Below, piece by piece: positions 28,771-43,871 of a DNA stretch of 64,000 nt (position 1 is its first letter; every line of letters starts with the position of its first letter). Source of the stretch: Eledone cirrhosa (Eukaryota). The stretch spans positions 45,694,001 through 45,758,000 of the forward strand of contig OZ024752.1 of assembly GCA_964016885.1 (NCBI GenBank), written 5' to 3'. A program made the translations under genes and the position numbers. Below the pieces are notes generated by a model that worked only from the letters and a program-made list of their open reading frames with translations, did no database searches and had not been told where the DNA came from.

Positions 28771-30306
28771 AATAAATATACATATATACATTTATATACA
28801 CACACAGGTTAAACTTCTGAAATGTTTCAGATATTTATAAATTCCATTAATGAATTGTAAATACAATTTCATAATTAGACATCTGATGCGGATTTGTGAA
28901 AGCTATTTTCTCAAGTTGTATCCTGAGGCAGTTATTCACTTAACCACTCACCAATATAACAGCTACACATCTAAAGTTATAGTCCGGCTGAAGTCAGCAC
29001 AAATTGCTCATTAGTCCGATAGAGGGGGTTGTTTGTTGTTGGTCTTTTCATTTCCTTTTTGTTCTATCTCTTAAACATTATGTTAACATCTGCTGGCCAA
29101 CATAGTTCAACAATTGTATACACTTTCTAGTCTCCGTCCATCCGTTCGTACGACCGTATGTAAATGTGCATGCAGGCATATATGTATGTACGTACGTATG
29201 TGCGTGTGTGTGGGCGTGTGTGTATATGTATGTATATGTGTGTGTATGTATAGATGTAAGTATGGATGGATCGATCGCTAGATAGATAGATAGATGAATG
29301 TATGTATGTATGGTGAAGCACGATCGTTAGGTCGCAAGTTCGAGCCCAGGACATTTCCTTTCCCGTTGCTCCTTTCCAATGAGCTATCAAAAATGAGTTG
29401 TGTTGAGTTATATTTATCGCTCAAGGTCATGTTTAGACCTGGAGAGAGGATGGACTCTGCCAGATTTAAAGTACTCAAGACATGACGCTGCCCCTTCGGT
29501 TCCTAATAATCTAAACGTTTATGTAAAATAAAGATTTTAAAATGTGTGAAATTTTTTATCTTATTGAATTTTAAAAAAGGTTATCTCTTTAATAATTTAA
29601 CCGATCTCACATAAACAAAACGTTATCGTTAACCATGCTAAAATTTATTTTAATATTTACAATAAAATCAAAGTCAGAATATTTTTAATAAACACCATAC
29701 AATGTTTCATCTTTCGCAATAAAATGAAAGCTAATGGTTTCCTATCAGATTAAATCTAACTTAGAATGTTTTTTAAATGTTTACAATAAAATTTAAACCA
29801 TGGTGTTTTTGTTAAAGAATTTGCTTTTGTATCGAATTACAAAATAGAAGTAGATTTATCTTATCGTAAAATTAAAGACTTTTGATTTTGATTTCCAGAA
29901 TCTGTATTTGTATGTTTGTGAGAAGGTTCCGTGTCTATGATTTGTCAGGAGATTCCCAGACGGGAAAGATTAATGCGGCTGATGTTCTGGAGTTAAAATA
30001 TAGACAAAGTTTGCAGTTGACTGAACTAATTTAAAGATATCCCTCAACCAGTTGTTGTGTGTTGTAAAGCGTTTTAGATAAACAGGATACAAGATAAATC
30101 TAATAAATGAATAAAATATATATTTTGTAAATGAATTTAACGAATTAAAGTCGTTATCAAATGTAACTTTCTAAGCTATGAACAACTCGTAGTTGGACGT
30201 ATATCAGACACCTGGATTTTAATATATCGCGAAGATATTCGTAATCCATTTAAAAAATTTATTTTGTTGTATTTTATTTATTTTACACAAGCATCATTCA
30301 ATATTT

Positions 30307-31591
30307 TCTTCTTCTTCTCGTCTGCTTCTTCACTCAAACTAATTCCAGCAGGTCCTGTTAGAAGCAACTTATTCCAGGGAGTCCCGTCAGAAGCAACTCA
30401 TTCCAGCAGGTTCTGTCAGAAGCAACTCATTCCAGGGAGTCCTGTCAGAAGCAACTCATTCCAGCAGGTTCTGTCAGAAGCAACTCATTCCAGGGAGTCC
30501 CGTCAGAAGCAACTCATTCCAGCAGGTCCTCTTAGAAGCAACTCATTCCAGGGAGTCCCGTCAGAAGCAACTCATTCCAGCAGGTCCTGTCAGAAGCAAC
30601 TCATTCCAGGGAGTCCCGTCAGAAGCAACTCATTCCAGCAGGTCCTCTTAGAAGCAACTCATTCCAGGGAGTCCCGTCAGAAGCAACTCATTCCAGCAGG
30701 TCCTGTCAGAAGCAACTCATTCCAGGGAGTCCCGTCAGAAGCAACTCATTCCAGCAGGTCCTCTTAGAAGCAACTCATTCCAGGGAGTCCCGTCAGAAGC
30801 AACTCATTCCAGCAGGTCCTGTCAGAAGCAACTCATTCCAGGGAGTCCCGTCAGAAGCAACTCATTCCAGTAGGTTCTGTCAGAAGCAACTCATTCCAGG
30901 GAGTCCCGTCAGAAGCAACTCATTCCAGCAGGTCCTGTCAGAAGCAACTCATTCCAGGGAGTCCCGTCAGAAGCAACTCCTTCCAGCAGGTTCTGTCAGA
31001 AGCAACTCATTCCAGGGAGTCCCGTCAGAAGCAACTCCTTCCAGTAGGTTCTGTCAGAAGCAACTCATTCCAGCAGGTTCTGTCAGAAGCAACTCATTCC
31101 AGGGAGTCCCGTCAGAAGCAACTCCTTCCAGCAGGTTCTGTCAGAAGCAACTCCTTCCAGGGAGTCCCGTCAGAAGCAACTCCTTCCAGCAGGTTCTGTC
31201 AGAAGCAACTCATTCCAGGGAGTCCCGTCAGAAGCAACTCCTTCCAGCAGGTTCTGTCAGAAGCAACTCATTCCAGGGAGTCCCGTCAGAAGCAACTCCT
31301 TCCAGTAGGTTCTGTCAGAAGCAACTCATTCCAGCAGGTTCTGTCAGAAGCAACTCATTCCAGGGAGTCCCGTCAGAAGCAACTCCTTCCAGTAGGTTCT
31401 GTCAGAAGCAACTCATTCCAGTAGGTTCTGTCAGAAGCAACTCATTCCAGGGAGTCCCGTCAGAAGCAACTCATTCCAGGGAGTCCCGTCAGAAGCAACT
31501 ATCTCCAACTGATCCGGATGGAGCCCCGAGCGAGACAAGCCAAGCTCATGGATGTTATCCAACCATATTGCTCGGAGTCTACCCCTGGCTC

Positions 31592-31592
<1 letters not shown>
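30307..31592 (-). mobile_element. RTE-clade LINE 3' fragment hosting the 29-bp array
   Basis: Minus strand from 31592 translates RARGRLRAIWLDNIHELGLSRSGLHPDQLEIVASDGTPWNELL (RPRxRWxD motif) and ends in a (GAA)n tail at 30307-30318; homolog at 54915-54985. Confidence 0.75.
30335..31500. repeat. 29-bp minisatellite (~40 units) with two alternating variants, inside an RTE LINE 3' end
   Basis: AGAAGCAACTCATTCCAG followed alternately by CAGGT(C/T)CTGTC or GGAGTCCCGTC. Confidence 0.95.
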
Positions 31593-32183
<591 letters not shown>

Positions 32184-32184
32184 T

Positions 32185-32244
32185 GATCAAAAGATGGTTA
32201 AAAGAGTTCCATTGCTTTATTGTACTACAATAAAACTCACCTCC

Positions 32245-32248
<4 letters not shown>
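32185..32248. mobile_element. Minimal family B element: 26-bp inverted piece fused to 3' tail, in (TA)n
   Basis: GATCAAAAGATGGTTAAAAGAGTTCC (inverted) joined to ATTGCTTTATTGTACTACAATAAAACTCACCTCCTAC. Confidence 0.8.
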
Positions 32249-32322
<74 letters not shown>

Positions 32323-32349
32323 TATATATAACAATATATATATTTATAT

Positions 32350-32454
<105 letters not shown>

Positions 32455-32578
32455 TAACAATTCCGTCGTGTTGTCTATACTACAGACTTATACATATACA
32501 TACGAACAAATATATACACATTTCCATATATATATCTATCTCTTCCCTCTACACACACACACACTCACACACACACAC

Positions 32579-32613
<35 letters not shown>

Positions 32614-32933
32614 CACACATGCAGACGTACGTCTCTACATGTAGTTAATATATTGGTTGTCGCAAACATACAAATCGCGTGTGAATACAATAACATACAT
32701 ACTTAGTATAAAGAGCACATATATATGTATATTCATGATTGTACATATATATATACATATATACATACACACACACACATGCTCTCTCTCCCCCTCTCTC
32801 TCTCCCTCTCTCGCTCTCTCTAGCACACACATACACACGCTCTCTTTCTCTCTCACACACACATCCATACATATATATATATATATACATATATATATAT
32901 TCATATACATCTCTCTCTATATATATAGATATA

Positions 32934-32997
<64 letters not shown>

Positions 32998-33042
32998 AAA
33001 CACACACATACACACGTTCTCTTTCTCTCTCACACACACATC

Positions 33043-33111
<69 letters not shown>

Positions 33112-33142
33112 TCATATACATCTCTCTATATATATAGATATA

Positions 33143-33244
<102 letters not shown>

Positions 33245-33637
33245 TATACGTGTGTGTGTCTGAGTGTCTCTGTGTGTGTGTATATGTGTGTGTCCGTGCG
33301 CATGTGTGTGTATGTGTGTGTATGTGTGCATGTGTGCATGTGTGTGTGTGTGTGTGTCTGTTGTGCATGTGTTTGCAGGCATGCAGTCGTATAAACAGAT
33401 AAATGCATACTAAATAATTGTGTATTTACATACGTTTGTGTTGGGTGTACACATGTATGAATATTTATGTAAATGCCTATATAGAAACAGTATAATTAGA
33501 ATGAGCCGCCACACTTAGCTGTTTAAGAAGAGGCCATTAAGCCAGAAGCTAACAGCCAACATTTCCACACGGAAAACTTTGCTATATAACGCTTCAGTGA
33601 CCTAATACTACTCTTCATTTCCTTCTTGTTATTGTTA

Positions 33638-33961
33638 GGTGGATTGGCAGTGTCGGTAGAGGGTCGGACGCCATGCTTTGACGCATAGAGTTACGGCCCT
33701 TGCCATTCTGAGTTCACATCCCGCCGAGGTTAACTTTGCCTTTCATCCGTACGGGGGGTCGATAAAATAAAGTACCAGTAATACACTGGGTAATTGCTGG
33801 CCTTGTGCCAAGAAGTAGAAACAGTTATTATAATAAAGTACCAGTAATACACTGGGTAATTGCTGGCCTTGTGCCAAGAAGTAGAAACAGTTATTATAAT
33901 AAAGTACCAGTAATACAGTGGGTAATTGCTGGCCTTGTGCCAAGAAGTAGAAACAGTTATT
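33638..33961 (+). mobile_element. Full SINE family 1 with triplicated ~62-bp 3' end
   Basis: A/B boxes, then AATAAAGTACCAGTAATACACTGGGTAATTGCTGGCCTTGTGCCAAGAAGTAGAAACAGTTATT three times. Confidence 0.9.
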
Positions 33962-34279
33962 GTGTGACAACTGGTTAGAACGTCAGATAGAGTACTTTAC
34001 GGTACTCGTCTCGGCTTCATGCTCTCTGAGTTCAAATACCGACGAAGTCAACTTTGCCTTTCAACCATTCGAGTTCGAGATCAAGATCAATAAAAAATGT
34101 ACCAGCTGTCAAATACTGGGGTTGATTTTTTCCTCTATATATATTTCTCAAATACCGCCGAAGTCAACTTTGCCTTTCAGCCATACGAGATCAATAACAA
34201 AAATGTACCAGCTGTCTTCCCGTCCTCCGGGAAGTTAATGTTCTCAAAATAAATAATATCAAAATCTTGTAGATTCGAT

Positions 34280-34570
34280 ATTATGTGAGATTAGAGTGTT
34301 TACCATGAAAATACAATAGTATATATAGAGTAATGTAAATGTTATGTGAGATAATTATGTGAGGTAAAGCCTTTACTGTGAAAATACAATAGTATATATA
34401 GAGTAATGTAAATGTTATGTGAGATATTATGTGAGGTAAAGTCTTTACTGTGAAAATACAATAGTATATATAGAGTAATGTAAATGTTATGTGAGATATT
34501 ATGTGAGGTAAAGTCTTTACTGTGAAAATACAATAGTATATATAGACTAATGTAAATGCTAAAGGGTTAA
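34280..34570. repeat. ~72-bp tandem repeat (~3.5 copies) ending at a TTAACCCTTTAGC-type end
   Basis: Unit TTATGTGAGATATTATGTGAGGTAAAGTCTTTACTGTGAAAATACAATAGTATATATAGAGTAATGTAAATG; terminal GCTAAAGGGTTAA. Confidence 0.8.
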
Positions 34571-35709
34571 AACAAAAAGTGCCCTAGAAATGGCGCATGT
34601 CAATACAGCACCCTACGACTTGCTCGGGGGTTATGGGACTATGTATGCATGGATGTAATTACGTGAGGGTAACAGGCTGTTCCATAGTTCGACACATGGA
34701 ACACTCAAGGTCGGAACACAGAATGTTGGAACCTACAGAGGTCCGAAAACAACAATAACAACAACAACAACAACAACAACAACAGTTGCTGTTATTTTTG
34801 TTGTTGATGTTGTTGTTGATCTTTTTTTCTTTCTTCTTCTTCCTATTCATGTTTTGTATTTGAATAACAACGAAGAGGGAGAAGAGAAATATGCTTTTAT
34901 CGTGGAAGAAAATCTAGCTTAGTTTTTCTATAACTATATAAACTAGGAAAATATCTCTGAATTTATCACATGTCACAAACAAGCAGCTGTCTCTTTCTTG
35001 GCTCTACATTCAAAATAATATTGATAAATTCTAACTAGAAGGCATTCCGATGGAAATTATAGATGTTATCTTGGATTACTATTTTAAAATACAGATTAGA
35101 TTTTACAAAAGAATTATTGTTTTTACGTGTTTTAGTTTTATTCAAAAGCTGAGGACAATTTAGAAACTGTTGAAAATTGAATTATCATTTATTAAAATTA
35201 CAAAGATAAAATTTGTTTCAAAAGAATTCTTTTGTTATATAAATTTCTATCGTTATTCTTAACATAGATTATGTAATTCAATTCTGTTGTAGTATTGGTT
35301 TGGGCTTTTTTGCTTTTCAAAATGTTATTGTAAAGTGAAAATCTTGATACAAAAACTATTTAAGAAACTAATAAAAATTGGCCGAAACAATATATTAGCT
35401 GTTAATAAATGTTATTTTTTAGAATTTAGAAATCAAATATGTTTGACGTGGTTTTTTGGTTTGTGATTGAGCAAATAATAATCTTCTAGTGGACCGAGGA
35501 AATTATGGGGAGTCGGTTCTTGGTGAAGGGAAATTAGTTTTATTATTCCCCGACTAAAGGGCCGTGAGTTGACATAAATAGATAGAGCGCCGAACAACAT
35601 GCTTTGCCGTATAGAGTTACAGCTCTTTTAAGTTCTGGGTTCAAATCTCGCCGAGATTAGCTTTGCCTTTCATCCCTTCCTTGACACACGTATATGTGTG
35701 TGAGTGACT

Positions 35710-35757
<48 letters not shown>

Positions 35758-36596
35758 GTATGTTTATGCGTGTGAGTATGTGTGTGGTGTGGTGTGTGTG
35801 TGTTTGTGTGATTGTGTGCGTATGTGTGTTTATGTGTGTGTGCGTGTTTTTGTGTGTATGTGTGTGTGTGCGTGTTTATGTGTGTATGTGTGTGTGATTG
35901 TGTGCGTGTTTATGTGTATATGTGTGTGTGTGTGATTGTGTGCGTGTTTATGTGTGTGTGTCTGTGTGTGTATGTGTGTGTCTGTGTGTGTATGTGTGTG
36001 TATGTGTGTCAGCGTGAATGTGCCCTTGTCTGGTCTGTGTACGCTCGTTTGTGCCTATATTTCTATCTATCATGTATTCAACTTAGCCTCGTTATCATCC
36101 ACCAATCACTAACTAACATACCAATGTGTTAAAATACATTATCCTAAACAACGCCAAGCAGTTGTTGATAAATAATAAGAATTTTCCAGAATCAATTCAA
36201 CTCGACAGAACTGGCTGCTTTACAAGCAAAATATTTCCGTTCTCACATAATAATCTCTCACAGCAAAATCCCTTGCGCACAACCACTTACCTTAGTTATA
36301 TGACACAGGTGTTGCTCTATGTTACATTCTCGTTGTTTATAATCATGGAATATTTTACAGACGAGGCGATGGCTTTGAGAATAATTGCATATAATTTACA
36401 TAGAAAAGATACTGTTGTTTTTGTTGTTGTTGCTGTTGTTTAGCCTCCAGTTCAGACATCATTCAGCTGATCACTAGACAAAATATATAAAAACATGTAG
36501 AGAATATGTTATAAATAATTGCTCATTAGAGAATAAGAATCATTAGAAAATATTAAAGACATTACAGATAACAGTGACCTCTTTTATACATACATT

Positions 36597-36647
<51 letters not shown>

Positions 36648-36650
<3 letters not shown>

Positions 36651-36848
36651 AAAGAAAGTGTGGTAAGGAACCAGGTGGACGATAAGGCACCAGAGTAATC
36701 GATACTTAGGGTAGTAAAGGGGGTAATAGGAAAAGAGTCAGAACCCCCGACAGCTGAGCTCCGGCGGTCGTTTCGACAGCTAGATCCGAACGTTCGGATC
36801 TCGCTGTCGAAACGGCCGGAGCTCAGCCGTCGGGGTCCTGACTCTTTT

Positions 36849-36852
<4 letters not shown>
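36648..36852 (-). mobile_element. Family F fold-back mini-element in (TA)n
   Basis: Palindrome centred on GATCCGAACGTTCGGATC; arms contain GAAACGGC-CGGAGCTCA-GCCGTC-GGGGTC. Confidence 0.85.
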
Positions 36853-36895
<43 letters not shown>

Positions 36896-36926
36896 TTTTT
36901 CCTATATATATATATATATATATATA

Positions 36927-37118
36927 TAGGAAAAAGTATGACCCCGACGGCAGAGCTCAAGCCGTTTCGACGGCTATTTCTGGAAATAGTCCAGAAATAG
37001 CCGTCGAAACGGCTTGAGTTCTGCCGTCGGGGTCACACTTTTTCCTATTTCCCACTCTACTACCCTAAGTATTGAGTACTCTGGTGTGTTATGGTCCATC
37101 TGGTTCCTTACCACAATT

Positions 37119-37122
<4 letters not shown>
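36927..37122 (+). mobile_element. Family F fold-back mini-element in (TA)n
   Basis: TAGGAAAAAGT..GACCCCGACGGCAG..TTTCTGGA / TCCAGAAA..CTGCCGTCGGGGTC..ACTTTTTCCTA palindrome plus tail AAGTATTGAGTACTCTGG. Confidence 0.85.
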
Positions 37123-37154
<32 letters not shown>

Positions 37155-37780
37155 GAGGTTTAGTATTAATTATATTTCCATTTGCTCACATTACTCACTC
37201 AATAAGATAAGGTATGAACTTTTATCGAGTAAAACTTGTCTCAGAGTTCTAACAAAGTGTATATTCACAACATGGCGTTTGTATATATAAATATCTTTGG
37301 TTTTAATAAAAAATATTTTACTTTACATCAATCACTACCGCTTCCCGTGTTACATGAATGGGAGATAATTAATTTCCGGTCAAGATATTCTAAATTAAAA
37401 CCTTGGCACCCTCATCTCACCCCAACCCACCCCACTTTACAATGTATCCTTATTCTGTATAGTTGAAAAATAAATCGATACATCTTAATTTCATGCACTA
37501 TTGTATTTAGGGAACACAGCATCGTCCATGAATGATGCATTTCTGCGATTACCTTAGAAACGGTACTCAAAAGGGATGAATGGAAATTGAATGTAGCCAT
37601 CTTTTTTTTTTGTTTTTGTTTGTTTATTTGTTGTATCTTTATTCTTAGAATAACCTTTTCTACCTTGCAATGAACAGTAAGAAAATTAGTAGACAACTTA
37701 AAGTACATTGACCATAAATATAAAAATACTTATTTATTGTAGCTCTTCTCCCTCATTATATAACTGTTGACGCAGGAAAT

Positions 37781-37824
<44 letters not shown>

Positions 37825-37989
37825 TTATCTATATATCTTTTTCCAATCTTCTTCTCAACAAGGAAGATGAAAAAAACTTACCTCAACACTTAATTTTAAA
37901 TCTTTAATTTTTAGTTTTTAATCCTTATTAATTCTCTTTAATTCTAATACTCAACATTTGATAAGATAAATGTTACTAATACATCGTAT

Positions 37990-38116
37990 TAGAGTAAACT
38001 GGAGCAACGTGAAATAAAGTATCTTGCTCAAGGAAACAACACATCACCTGGTCTGAGAATTGAACTCACAACCTTTCGATGGCAAGCCCAATGTTCTAAC
38101 CACTAAGCCATCCGCC
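37990..38116 (-). mobile_element. SINE family 2, 5' part
   Basis: Reverse of GGCGGATGGCTTAGTGG..GAGTTCAATTC..CCTTGAGCAAGATACTTTATTTCACG. Confidence 0.75.
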
Positions 38117-38643
38117 TTAATTCATTGCCTAGCAATGGCCATGATATCTGGAAGCTTAAAAAAACATCTCTAAAACATTCTTAAGATTCAAACAAATAAT
38201 AAACGATTCCACAAGACACGACGGAAATTTCCTTTGCCACCGGGGAGATGGGTGGTCAAAATAAACACGAAATTAAGGATGGAAAAAAAAAAAAAAGACA
38301 AACTTACATACATATTGAAAGCATAGTGGGAAAATTATCAATTATTATCCGTTTTAAAGCTGTGAAGCAGATTTTAAAAAAATCTTTAAAATATGTTTAA
38401 AAAAAAAAACACTGAAAAAATATTATTTTCAGTTAGACAGAAGAACAAGTATTTCTTGAAGATTCTTCTCCATGTGAATAGAATGACGGAAAAGCCTAAC
38501 AGAGGAGAAGGTGCCGTGAACGTAAAAGAGGTCAGTTGTATTGGCAGACATAATAGAATCTAATGAAGTCGTCTGTATCAATGAAACGCCATCTTAGCTT
38601 ATTCAATACAGCGACAAAAATATATAGCATATTGATTATGGCG

Positions 38644-39095
38644 TTTGTTGTTGTTGTTGTTGTTGTTGTTGTAGTAGTTGTTGTTGTAGTAGTTGTTGTA
38701 GTTGTTGTTGTTGTTGTAGTTGTAGTAGTTGTTGTTGTGTTGTAGTTGTTGTTGTTGTAGTTGTTGTAGTTGTTGTAGTTGTTGTTGTAGTTGTAGTAGT
38801 TGTAGTTGTTGTTGTAGTAGTTGTTGTTGTGTTGTAGTTGTTGTAATTGTTGTTGTTGCAGTTGATGTAGTTGTTGTTGTAGTTGTAATTGTTGTTGTAG
38901 TTGTTGTTGTAGTTGTTGTAGTTGTTGTTGTAGTAGTTGTTGTTGTGTTGTAGTTGTAGTTGTTGTTGTAGTTGTTGTTGTTGTTTTGTTGGTTTTATTT
39001 ATTTCTTTGCTCTTGTTATCGTTTGTGTTTTGTGTGTGTATTGTTGTTGTTGTTGTTGTTGTTGTTTTGTTTTGTTTTGTTTTGTTTTGTTTTAT
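38644..39095. repeat. (TTG)/(TAG) compound microsatellite
   Basis: Direct reading. Confidence 0.9.
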
Positions 39096-39695
39096 TTTGT
39101 TAATATATTTTATGAAAACATTAAAGAAGAGGCAAATGAAGAAAATAAGAGAAATAGAGGAGGAGGAGGAGTGGGTGAGAAGAAGAAGAAGAAGAAGAAG
39201 AAGAAGAAGAAGAATGAAATTTGCTAATGAAGCTATTTGTTCTTGCCAAAATTCCCGTTATTGACTGAAAGGTTGGTGATAATATATTTATAGGGACGAT
39301 TGTCTCCCCCTTGATATTACCACTTGTTGAAGCCTTTCTCTTTATCCACGGTGAACTAAATTTATTGCTGTTGTCTATATTCTATTTTATACTATAAATG
39401 GTTTCTAAATTAGACTCAAGACCATTATTTTCTATGGAAGGTGAAAGTCGTTTAAATCGACCCAGTACTACAATACTTATGTTTTATAAGGAAAGATAAA
39501 AGATAAAAAGGGAGGGTTTCCCTCGGTGGGGTTTGAATTGAACCCAGGACTTAAAATGCCGAATCAAATGCTACAAAACCTATTGCTCGGAGTTCAAATC
39601 CTGCTGAGGGTCGATTACAGGGTCGATAAAATAAAGTACCAGTAATGCACTGGGGTCGATTTAATCAAATTTTAGAGAGACTAAGTGAGAGTGAT

Positions 39696-39752
<57 letters not shown>

Positions 39753-40409
39753 GTGAGAGTGATAGAGAGATAGAGAGAGAGTAAGTGAGAATGAGTGAGA
39801 GATGGGCTCCCCCAGGTTTTAAATATCCAAGACACACCATGTCTCGGAACAGCGCCCCTACGATTCCAGCAAAGCAACAGTTAAAAGCTCTTTACTTATC
39901 TATTGCTTTGGCTTCTCGATAAATTGGCTGAATACATTGTTGGCGGACTTAGTACCTTGTAGTGTTTAGTTAACCCACCTTATTTTTCGAATCCCTTCCG
40001 TGGTCCACTTTTCCATCAATAGGATTATCCGTGTCTGTCACTCCCCTAAATTTTAGATTTTTGTGTTTTTATTAGAAATCTGTTGTATTTAAATAGCTTT
40101 ATATTGTTTATTCTGATTCCCATTAAGCTCCCCTCTGCTTATCGTCCTTTCAGGCCTTGATAAAATAAGTTGCAATCAAATATTGCCGATTAGTAAATCG
40201 ATCACTTCCACTATATTAGCCCTCATTACTGCAGCATTATATAAAATCAATATCCTTGAACTTCAATTAGTGTCAGTCAAGTACCTAGGTTCAATAAAAT
40301 AATTCATGCCATCTACTTTTTACAAAAATAAACCCAACCTTTGTCTTTATATATGTTGTTTATCATTATTGCATGTATTTATTTATTTTTATTTGTTTAT
40401 ATATATATA

Positions 40410-40604
40410 TAGGAAAAAGTATGACCCCCGACGGCAGAGCTCAAGCCTTTTCGACGGCTATTTCTGGACTAAGAAATAACCGTCGAAACGGCTTGAGCTC
40501 TGCCGCCGGGGTCATACTTTTTCCTATTTCCCACCTCTACTACCCTAAGTATTGAGAACTCTAGTGAATTATGGTCCATCTGGTTCCTTACCACACTTCC
40601 TTTG

Positions 40605-40607
<3 letters not shown>
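40410..40607 (+). mobile_element. Family F fold-back mini-element in (TA)n
   Basis: Same architecture and tail as 36927-37122. Confidence 0.85.
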
Positions 40608-40658
<51 letters not shown>

Positions 40659-40802
40659 TCCGATTTTTTTTTTATGAAAGAATATTATTTCGTTCATTCA
40701 TTCAATATTTCTTTCAGAGATCCATACCAACATGGCGTCAATGGGGAGATAATTCCCATAACGACGATGGTAGCTAAATTCTAACTTACTTGTAGGAGTC
40801 AA

Positions 40803-40863
<61 letters not shown>

Positions 40864-40983
40864 TATATATATATATATATAATATATATATAATAATATA
40901 TATATATAATATATATATAACAATATATTTATGTAATATATATATATAATAATATATATATACTGTATATATATATATATATA

Positions 40984-41093
<110 letters not shown>

Positions 41094-41115
41094 TTATGAA
41101 CAATTTCAGGAATAT

Positions 41116-41171
<56 letters not shown>

Positions 41172-41657
41172 TTTCGATGAAATGTAACATTAACAATAAG
41201 TTGAACAATAAAAATAACAGTTTCAGGAACAATAAGGACAATAGAGAGAAGAAAGGGAAATGTTAATAGTATAGTGGTGTAGACATGTGTGAAAACGAAA
41301 GCAAATACAAGAGAAACGACGGCGACATTGCTGAAACTGACGACAATAAGCAGAGTAATAAAATATTGACTGAGAAAAATTTAAAAAAAAAACGTACACA
41401 ATTGCCGGCATACAATGTAATGTCAATATAAGGCTGGAAACGGGAGAGGGGAAAATAGAGTGAAAAATTATGAAGTATAACCATAGATCGGATAGAAGGA
41501 AGAAGGGGTGGAAGGATGGGCTGTGAAGAAGGAAGGCATATTATTTAGAAAACCATTATGAGAAGAAATAAATGAAAGTAAAAAAAAAAGGCACGTTGGA
41601 TTTATGTATGTATATATATATATATATAGATATAGATATAGATGTGTGTGTGTGTGG

Positions 41658-41756
<99 letters not shown>

Positions 41757-41845
41757 AGAATATATATATATGTAAGAATATTTTCGAAACAGCGAGTGGG
41801 TTTGAAATCATTAGAAATGTAAGCAGCGATAGCTTACATTTCATA

Positions 41846-41913
<68 letters not shown>

Positions 41914-41999
41914 CTCCTGAAGAAAGGTCACTAATATATATATATATATATATATATATGAAGAGGTTATATTTAATTTGTTGGGATTCAACAAGCTGA

Positions 42000-42373
42000 A
42001 ACATTTTTATAACAGATATAAAGCACTCAACAGATTAGTGGAGTAAATACACAATATATTAATAAATGGAAACTATATTTATAAAACCATATTTATTTTA
42101 TTATACATATATTCAAGGGCAACCAAGGCAAATTATGGTGCGCTTTCATCAGATAAAATACAGATTTGTTTTATAAATAAATAAATATTGATATACCCGG
42201 AAAAAAAGACAACCTTAACGGTTAGAGCTTCCTGGATAGTTAGTATGTCAATATTTATTTATAAAACAAATCTGTATTTTATCTGATGAAAGCGCACCAT
42301 AATTTGCCTTGAAATAGGTATAATGAAATAAATATGGTTTTATAAATATAGTTTCCATTTATTAATATATTGT
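42000..42373. mobile_element. Family G element: ~130-bp inverted arms (42046-42192 / 42248-42373) with spacer
   Basis: ACAATATATTAATAAATGGAAACTATATTTATAAAACC...GCGCTTTCATCAGATAAAATAC is mirrored downstream; ends in (TA)n. Confidence 0.8.
42275..42330 (+). ncRNA. Type I hammerhead motif (family G)
   Basis: TATTTTAT-CTGATGA-AAGCGCA CCATAATT TGCCTT-GAAA-TAGGTA-TA-ATGAAATA. Confidence 0.7.
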
Positions 42374-42376
42374 ATA

Positions 42377-42409
<33 letters not shown>

Positions 42410-42470
42410 GTGGGTGGGGGGTATATATATACATACATATATATGTGTGTGTGAGTATATATATATATAC

Positions 42471-42519
<49 letters not shown>

Positions 42520-42565
42520 TGTGTGTGTAGGTGTGTATATATATATGGGGGTGTATATATATATA

Positions 42566-42755
42566 TAACGAAGGAAGTGTGGTAAGGAACCAGGTGGACC
42601 ATAACACACCAGAGTACTCAATACTTTGGGTAGTAGAGTGGGTAATAGGAAAAGAGTCAGGACCCTGATGGCAGAGCTCAAGCCGGTTTGACAGCTATTT
42701 CTGGACTCCAGAAACGGCTTGAGCTCTGCCGTCGGGGTTCTGACTATTTTCCTAT
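42566..42755 (-). mobile_element. Family F fold-back mini-element, CpG-decayed
   Basis: Reverse tail GTGTGGTAAGGAACCAGGTGGACCATAAC..AGTACTCAATACTT and palindrome centred on TTTCTGGACTCCAGAAA. Confidence 0.8.
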
Positions 42756-42765
42756 ATATACATTC

Positions 42766-42805
<40 letters not shown>

Positions 42806-43756
42806 ATGTGTATGTATGAAGATAAAAGGCAAAGCTAGTTAACTTCGGTGGGATTTGAACTCAGAACGTAAAGGAGTACCGTAATTATATGCCGCAATGC
42901 ATGTTGTCTGACGCTCTACCGGTTCTACCGTTAATCCACCGCCCTTCAAGTCACATAATATGTCTAATAGCCAAACGTTTTAACAACTGAATGATAGATG
43001 ATAATAATTTCTACAAATTAGGGGCAATTCCTCGAACATATTCCAATGGACCTCGCTGGTCAAAGATCCTTAAAATACTCAACATTTGCACATAACCTCC
43101 AGATACTTTCTCAGTTTGAATCTGGGAGGGTTTGGTTTCCACTGACGGTGAAATGATGTCGGTGGTTTTCGATCTCCAGACGACCCTTGTTACATGATTA
43201 CTACCATTCATGTAAACATGTCATATATTTACGATTGTTCTCTCAGAGATTGTTCGATTGTTCGATTGTTCTCTCGGAGATCAGACAGACCTGTAGGGTT
43301 TACTATTGATGTCACAACAACTGAAAGATGTCTTTATTGTTGTAACAAATCATTGGATATAGGAGGATTTGTATAAGGTCCCCAGACGATTTAATGGTTG
43401 AAAACAATTGTCATTTGTGATTTAGATCAATCGATAATTGCTTATAAATGATCAAACTTGTTATATCCGCAGAGTTGTGTATGTATATTACGATAAGAAT
43501 TTTATAGTCAAGAGAGTTCAGACAAAGAGAATGTTTCTTGTGGTTGTCAACGGTAATCATGTTAAAATGTGGATGTCTTAAGGTTTAGGCTTAATTCATC
43601 GAACATTTTATATATTATATTCTCTAATATCTATCATGTTAAACAATGATTTCTAGTATAGGCACAAGGCCAGTAGTTTGGGGGAGGGGGGAAGTCGATT
43701 AAATAGACCCAAGTACATTACTGGTACTTTATTTTATCGGATGAAAGGCAAAGTTT

Positions 43757-43812
43757 TCTAGATCTAGATGTCGAAACGACCGGAGCTCAATCGTCGGGGT
43801 CCTGACTCTTTT

Positions 43813-43816
<4 letters not shown>
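43757..43816 (+). mobile_element. Family F arm fragment abutting a SINE and (TA)n
   Basis: GTCGAAACGACCGGAGCTCAATCGTCGGGGTCCTGACTCTTTTCCTA. Confidence 0.7.

Positions 43817-43871
<55 letters not shown>

Noticed and set aside
30264-30767. 167-aa repetitive protein
   Set aside because: Read-through of the 29-bp array cycling through frames
30335-31500. CRISPR array
   Set aside because: Spacers are only 11 bp and come in two recurring types; no cas genes; eukaryotic context; explained as an RTE-derived minisatellite
34558-34570. piggyBac-type element from a TTAACCCTTTAGC end
   Set aside because: No matching second terminus found
36648-37122. Classical Stowaway/Tc1 MITEs for the palindromes in TA tracts
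   Set aside because: Arms are asymmetric with a one-sided tail, apexes vary between copies, and 5'-truncated non-palindromic copies exist, which fits retrotransposition better
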